Source of the DNA: Macrostomum lignano
Taxonomy: Eukaryota
Reading direction: 5' to 3'
NCBI GenBank assembly: GCA_002269645.1
Contig: NIVC01002501.1
Coordinates: 1-64,000, forward strand
Length of the DNA: 64,000 bases
Shown one piece after another: positions 58,387 through 64,000 of the stretch. The position numbers were made by a program, and so were the translations under genes. Under the pieces are notes generated by a model, which ran no database searches, was not told where the DNA came from, and worked only from the letters and a program-made list of their open reading frames with translations. The stretch's first letter is position 1, and each line of letters starts with the position of its first letter.

Positions 58387-61300
58387 CTAGTCTTCCGCCT
58401 GTTCCTCGCTTTTGTCAACATCGGCAGACACTTTTCTAGACGCCCGAGGAGAGTCGCTGCGCAGGGCCAGCTGCTGCTGTGGTTGCTGCTCCAACGACTT
58501 CTGTGACAATGAAAGCGTCTGCGCAACTGGCTGCGTCGGCTGCGGCGGCCTTGGCATCGGATCAGGCAGTTGCGAATGTGGCGACACGTCAAGCAGCAGC
58601 GATGGCCTCCTTTGCTTAAGCCGCGCCTGCAACGGCAAATTCAGCTGTTGCTGTTGTTCTTGTTGCTGTTGTTGCTCTTGTTGTTGCTGCTGCTGCTGCT
58701 GTTGTTCTTGTTGCTGTTGTTGCTGTTGTACTTCAGGCGGCGGCAAAGCGGCAGGTTGTGTTGAGGCCGCCTGCGGTGGCAGGGGCAGAAGTGGATCGTC
58801 AGATATCAGCGAAAAACGAGAATTGTCGAACAGGTCCGAATCGCGTCCCTGAATCTGCTGCTGGAACTGCTGAGCGGAATATTTCTGAGGCAGCTGATTT
58901 CCAGTAAGGCGGAGAGATCTGGTGGGTGTCATTAGGTCGGGCTGATAGGACAAAGATGTCATGCCTAGAGTGTCGCAGTCGTAGTTGAGCTCCAAAGCAG
59001 GATCTGCGGCCTGTCTGAACGAGTGCACGGTCTCGCAGGCACTGCTGGCGTGGTGCAGCAGCTCGCCAATACCGCGGGCAGCCGTTGAATCGATTATCCG
59101 CAGTGAAATGTCGCGGGGTACCAGGGCGACTTCCGTGCTGGTGCCACTGAGTGCTTGTGCCGTCTTCTGCGATTCGCTGCCCACTCGCGACGAAGCATCC
59201 GAAGGTGCCATGTACGCAGCGGCCTGCTGCGAGCCAACCGGATCGCATAGCAGCTGGCCACCTTCGCCTTTCATCGGCCGGAAGACGTCCTCAGTGTCAT
59301 CAAGGTCGTCGTATGTCATCACGTTCTTGGCTGTGATTTGCTGTTCGGCATCCTTGATGAAAATTCGCACAGTGACAACGTCGAGGGCTTTGTGCAGGGC
59401 GTTCTGGTAAAGCGGGTTGCTCATGTCCAGCTGTACATCGTCACTTGCAGGATCGGCAAGCCACGAAGGCGCGTTGCATTTAGTGAAGAAAAATATGTGC
59501 AGCTTGAAGATTGGGCCGTCCTCCATGAAGCAAGTTCGTGTGTACCTGAAGTTTGGTTAAGTTTAAGTGAAAAAAAGATTGAACCCACTTTTTCTCAATA
59601 TTATATTAATGCCTTCTTAATATCAAATAAAGTGTCAAACCGTCAATGCTATATGCAGACAGACTTCGCAGTTTGAAGCTATCAGATTTTACCTTAGGTA
59701 TATCTGTATCTGCTCGCAGAGGCTATCTGACATCGTTGACTCCTGGGCACCGCCACCGAACTTTCGCTTCTCCGAGTAATGCAGCAGCTGTCCGAACCGC
59801 GGGGTCACCAGTATCTCGTCACCGAGTTCCAGCTGGCCGTAATCCTCCTCTTGAGGAATGATGCAGTAGTACAGCGACGCCTTGTAGATATTCACCAGGT
59901 AGATCTCCGTCAGCCAGTGCACGTGCGGGCTTCCGATTCCCCGATCAATTATGACGTCATTCTTTGGATAGACAATCACTGGGCCGGAGATAGTGTCCTC
60001 CGGAACAAAGTATGGGTAAAAACAACGGCTCATCTTGTAGCCACCAGTGAGGGTCTCCGTGTGTCGAAACAGCTCTTCGATGTTGTAGTTTCGCTCGTCC
60101 ACTGCATAAGGATCTACGAATGCTACGTCCAATAAAAACACGTGACTCTGCACGTGATTCTTTTCGTCCTTGACTTCCGCGCTTCGCTCAGTTGCGGCCA
60201 TTTTCATCCAAACTGCGAGGTCTTTCTTTCTCTGCATGGTTCGCAGCAGCCTTGGGGAGTCGTCATTGCGGCCGAGGGCATCTGCGTTGCCAATGCCGCC
60301 AGCAGTGGCCATGAGGCGGGTGAGATCGGCTGATGAACGGCTAACATCACCCGAGTAGAGCTCGCCGGACTGCTGGCCCCCAGAGTCATGCGCTGATCAT
60401 CGAACCCCGTCTCTTTTAATGCGGAACTGAGCCCAGCAATCTCAGAGTTTCTAGAGGAGCCTCGTCGAAAAAAATTAGCACTATCGGCATTGCTCACGTT
60501 GCTGTTATGCTGCTGCTGCTGTTGCTTCTGCTGCTGCTGCTGCTTTGGTGCTTGCTGTTGTTGCTGCTCCTGATGCCTTAAATAGGAGGGCTTGTTAAAA
60601 GCTGACTCGCCGGATGAGCTGAGAGCCTCGCCCTCCGCGATCACATCGCTGTAAAGGAAGCGGATGGACACGGAGTCTGCCTGCTCTTCGTGCTCCTTCT
60701 CATTCAGAGTATCTCTGGCCATCGAGGCGAAATTCTGTGTGTCAGCGAAACGGTGATTGTCGCAGCGGACCTTGTTCTGCGGTGCGCTGCGGCTGACTGA
60801 CGAGCGGAAGAACTTCTTGTCCATCATGATGTCCGGCTGGATTTGCTCCGCTTTTGAACTGGCCGTCTCGATCGCATCTTTGGTGTGTAGGGAGGCACAA
60901 GGGAAAGCTGAGTCAAAAAATTGGCTTCGTGGATTGTGAATCCTAAATAAAAACTGTCAATACACTAGGTCTCACAAATTCTATAGAAATATAAAGTCAC
61001 AGGGCGTTAAAGTCAAGCGATGAAGGTTGTACCAACGTTTTTTACTAACCAGTCTCACCCGCATCGTCTCCAAACGCAGCTGACGAATTAGTTGGCAAAA
61101 CATTGTTATTAGAAGAATTCGACGCCATTCCGTTAGTTTTGTTTAAATGCTCCAGTGTCTCGGAGAACTTCGACGTTTGGTACTTTAAGCTGAACATCTT
61201 GCGACGGAATCTTGGCATTAGAACGCCCTCGGTAGGCATCACAACATAGTGCTGGGGCGCTGTGGTCCTCAGCTTGTAGATCAGATAGTGGCTGGGCGCG

Positions 61301-62115
61301 TGATTGCGGATGGTGACCTCTCCGATCCAGGGGTTGTAGGAGCGCTTCCCCTTCTTCAGCTGGATGCGGGTCTCTCGCTTGAACTGGATGTAGCGGTTCG
61401 GGTAAACCTCGGCGTGCTCAGCCTTATACGGTTCGCTCGGGTTGGTAAAATTTCGAAACAATCGCTGGGCTCGGATTTCAAAGTCTGTGAACTTCCGGAT
61501 GCGCAGCACCTGCCGGATCTGCTGATCGCCCTGGTCCAGCTCCTCCTGCCGCGTCGCCGCCGCGTCCAGCAGGATATCGTTGGATTCGTTGACCCGATGG
61601 TTCTGCGCCCCAACCTCCGGGATGAGAATCGTTCGCCGCTTGGTGAACGGCAGGCTGGGAATCCGGACCCGGATGCTCGCCTTGTAGGGCGCGAACTTCT
61701 CCAGGCGAGCCTTCCAGTCGACGGAGTTCAGCACGTTGCCGTAGACGATGCAGAGATCCTCCAGCAGCATGCTGTGACCTTTCTCTACCATACGCTCGAT
61801 CTGCTCCCTGTCGGCGCCTTTCATCACCTTGTCAATGTCGCCAACGTAGCCGCCCTTGTCGTCATTGAACACCACCATGAACTTGAAGCTGTGAAAGTCG
61901 TTGATGCTGCCGGATGGCTGCAGCAGGAAGCTGGAGCCCTCGAGCAGGCGATAGTTGTAGTGGTAGTTCCGATCCAGCTGGCGCACAATCACGCCGATGC
62001 ACTCGGTGGGGTTTCGGTTGAAGACCTCGCAGTGACCGACCCAGCTGTCCCGGTTGGTGTTCCGCGTCACGATGATCTCCTGCTGCGGGAAGGCGATGTC
62101 GCTGCGGTTGAACAT
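58387..62115 (-). CDS. ~1133-aa protein with MSP/PapD-like modules and poly-Q tracts; exons 62115-61059, 60877-59693 (1-nt deletion near 60377-60381), 59545-58387
   Basis: MSP-like motif GEVTIRN..YLIYKLRTTAPQHYVVMPTEGVLMP. Two further segments (IAFPQQEIIV.., VYPKNDVII..ILVTPRFGQL) show similar beta patterns. GT-AG junctions are phase-compatible (1 and 2) and 3401+1 nt is divisible by 3. It could instead be two genes. Confidence 0.65.
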
Positions 62116-62808
62116 TCTGGCAAAGGCGTTGCTCAGCTTTACGTGAGGGGCGATGTGCGTTTAATATAGCATCTTCAGTTGAGTATTGCTGCTCAGTAAG
62201 GCATGCGATTTGGCCATAGAGTGGTTTGGTATCATAAAAAATAGCGTTATTAATAAATCTCCGACATGCCGAGGAGGCAAGCATTAATGCCCATTCCGTT
62301 GAACCCTGAACACGCACAACCGCACAGATGCGCTCGAAGGCACACGCTTTGAATTACCAGCTATAGTAACGTTGCTGACAGCCTCTTTCCTTTTTAAAAC
62401 TTATCATCATATTTTATACGAGCCATACCTGTCGACTATTTTACCAACGGAGCTGAGAAAGAGTCGTTGTTCCTACGAGGAAGAACGCTGGAAAAACCAG
62501 ATGATTTTGTTTGAAAGAAATGCGAGGATTAAATTTCTGCTCGGCTCACCTGAGAACCTTCATAAATCTACCGATAATTTGCATTCCTCTCATTTTCATA
62601 CCCCAGCTTGTTGTGAAGTCAGTAGAGTGTGTGACCTGCCCGTGAAAGGCCGGGGTAGTGTCTTGTTATGAACAATTGCAATTTGTAATGTCAACTTTTC
62701 TTTCAGCTTTCGCTTGAAGCCTTGAGTTTGAATTTGCAGTTTTCTTGCTTTCTGGGCATTGAGCTTGAGTTGTCTTCGGATGAGAGCTTCATGAACTTCA
62801 CTGACATT

Positions 62809-62990
62809 GTTAATTGTAATCAATGTTGATTTTAACTTTTGTTTTTCTCTGCCTGCTAAATAAAGTTGTTGTGAGTGTTAAAAATACACTAGACCCTGAA
62901 GATGGCCATTGTTGGTCCGAAACGCGTCGGTAGAAAGAATTAATTGTAATCTATGTTGATTTCAACTTTTGTTTTTCTCTGCCTGCTAAA
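62809..62990 (+). mobile_element. Penelope-like element pseudo-LTR remnant
   Basis: A ~50-bp direct repeat (ttaattgtaatc..ctctgcctgctaaa at ~62809 and ~62940) flanks a hammerhead motif. Confidence 0.6.
62893..62931 (+). ncRNA. Minimal type I hammerhead ribozyme motif
   Basis: CUGAAGA (62896-62902); stem II GGCCA/UGGUC; GAAA (62919-62922); palindromic ACGCGU; GUC cleavage triplet (62926-62928); stem I ACC/GGU. Confidence 0.75.
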
Positions 62991-63809
62991 GCGTGCTACC
63001 TTACCTCAATTTGTAATGGTCATTGACGCCATGACAAATTTGGCGTATATTACTTTGCCGTATGCACTATATACACGCGCACTTTTGCAGTGCGAGGGCA
63101 TTCTGTCCTCCGACGGTCTGAGTCACCCCTTTTTGCGTCCCTTTTTTCGTTGTGGGTCATCCCCCCATCGCGTATACCGCAGTTGGGCTTAAGCCGGTTT
63201 TCTTTATTGTTGTTTATCTCGGGCTCTGAGCTATGATTGGCTGCGGTCAGCTTTGCCCTTTTTTGGCGAGTTACTGATTGGCTGGGCCGGGCGGCGGGCG
63301 GTGCTGCTTTCCCCCTGGCGGGGTGGTGGGCTGTGGGGCTGACGCCGACCTAGGTTAGACACATCGGTACTGTATTGCATCATCTGAACGCAAGCCTGTG
63401 CGTCCCGACGTCTTGCTGAAGGTGGCCGACATCACCGCGTCCCGACGCGTGGGAAGGCTGCGTGGGTGCATCCTGACGCCCCAGACTTTGGGAGATTGCT
63501 CGCACTCGTGCTCGAGTGCAGGCTGGCAAGGACCCGTAATGAATTAAATACTGTACCCTGTAGGACCCACCGTACTGCCTAGGCCGGGACTGCAGGAATA
63601 CAACATTAAAAATCGATAAATTTGTCAGGGATTTTACCATAGACAGTTGCAGCATTCCAAGAAAAGGATTTTTTAAATTTTCCACTTGCTCTGACAATAT
63701 ATTCAATCAGAAAATTCTTATTGACAACCCTTCCACGTGTAGAACAGTTTGCAAATAAATTTGTTTCTTTTTTATTGTGGAGTTTTGAAGATCATCAAAG
63801 ACAGACTGA

Positions 63810-64000
63810 TTAACCGTGCCGGCACATGCTGCTGGCCTTGGAGCCGGTCACGGTTTTCTTGCTGCGGCTCATTTCGCAACTGTCGCCTCTGGCCACGGGC
63901 TTAGTCACGTACTCCACCGCGATGAGGCTCGGCCGGCCGCGCTTGTACTTTAACCGGCACACGTGGAAGCGCTTGGCCTTGCGCCCGGCGCACGGATTAC
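63810..64000 (-). CDS. Probable terminal exon of an unidentified Cys/basic-rich protein continuing beyond the window
   Basis: GC3-rich open frame NPCAGRKAKRFHVCRLKYKRGRPSLIAVEYVTKPVARGDSCEMSRSKK..MCRHG*, with TAA at 63812-63810. Confidence 0.5.
   Translation of the reverse strand, partial: NPCAGRKAKRFHVCRLKYKRGRPSLIAVEYVTKPVARGDSCEMSRSKKTVTGSKASSMCRHG

Noticed and set aside
62596-62823. GIY-YIG endonuclease C-terminus (HEALIRRQLKLNAQ)
   Set aside because: Only a vague resemblance, on the strand opposite the hammerhead, with no other endonuclease motifs.

Overview
Eukaryotic (metazoan) genomic DNA. It has GC3-rich exons, GT-AG introns filled with long micro- and minisatellites, and AT-rich intergenic DNA. 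The style suggests a free-living flatworm such as Macrostomum, but this is inference only. Protein-coding genes I can support: SURF6, HSPBP1/Fes1, an SLC3 heavy subunit, a 3-exon N-terminally acylated globin, a divergent class A GPCR, a multi-exon KIF9 kinesin, two intact plus one truncated copy of a small secreted 6-Cys hydrophobic peptide gene, a secreted WSC+PAN-like protein, a ~1130-aa protein with several MSP/PapD-like modules, and the last exon of a gene running off the right edge. Four of these genes need single-base indels, mostly in short base runs, to restore conserved frames. That points to long-read consensus errors, or less likely to decaying duplicates. Mobile DNA: three solo LTRs with 4-bp TSDs, a Gypsy integrase relic, a LINE 3' fragment, a Ginger-like non-autonomous element (TGTTA..TAACA, CCGG TSD), a hAT-type MITE family with one nested copy, a Harbinger-type MITE, tRNA-like SINE heads and a Penelope-type minimal hammerhead ribozyme. 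Best leads: the Cys-rich peptide family with an apparently homogenised core, the hammerhead motif, the multi-MSP protein, the acylated globin with a long CD insert, and reverse-complementary satellite pairs bracketing exons. All family assignments come from motif recognition, not database searches. No CRISPR, rRNA or intact tRNA was seen.
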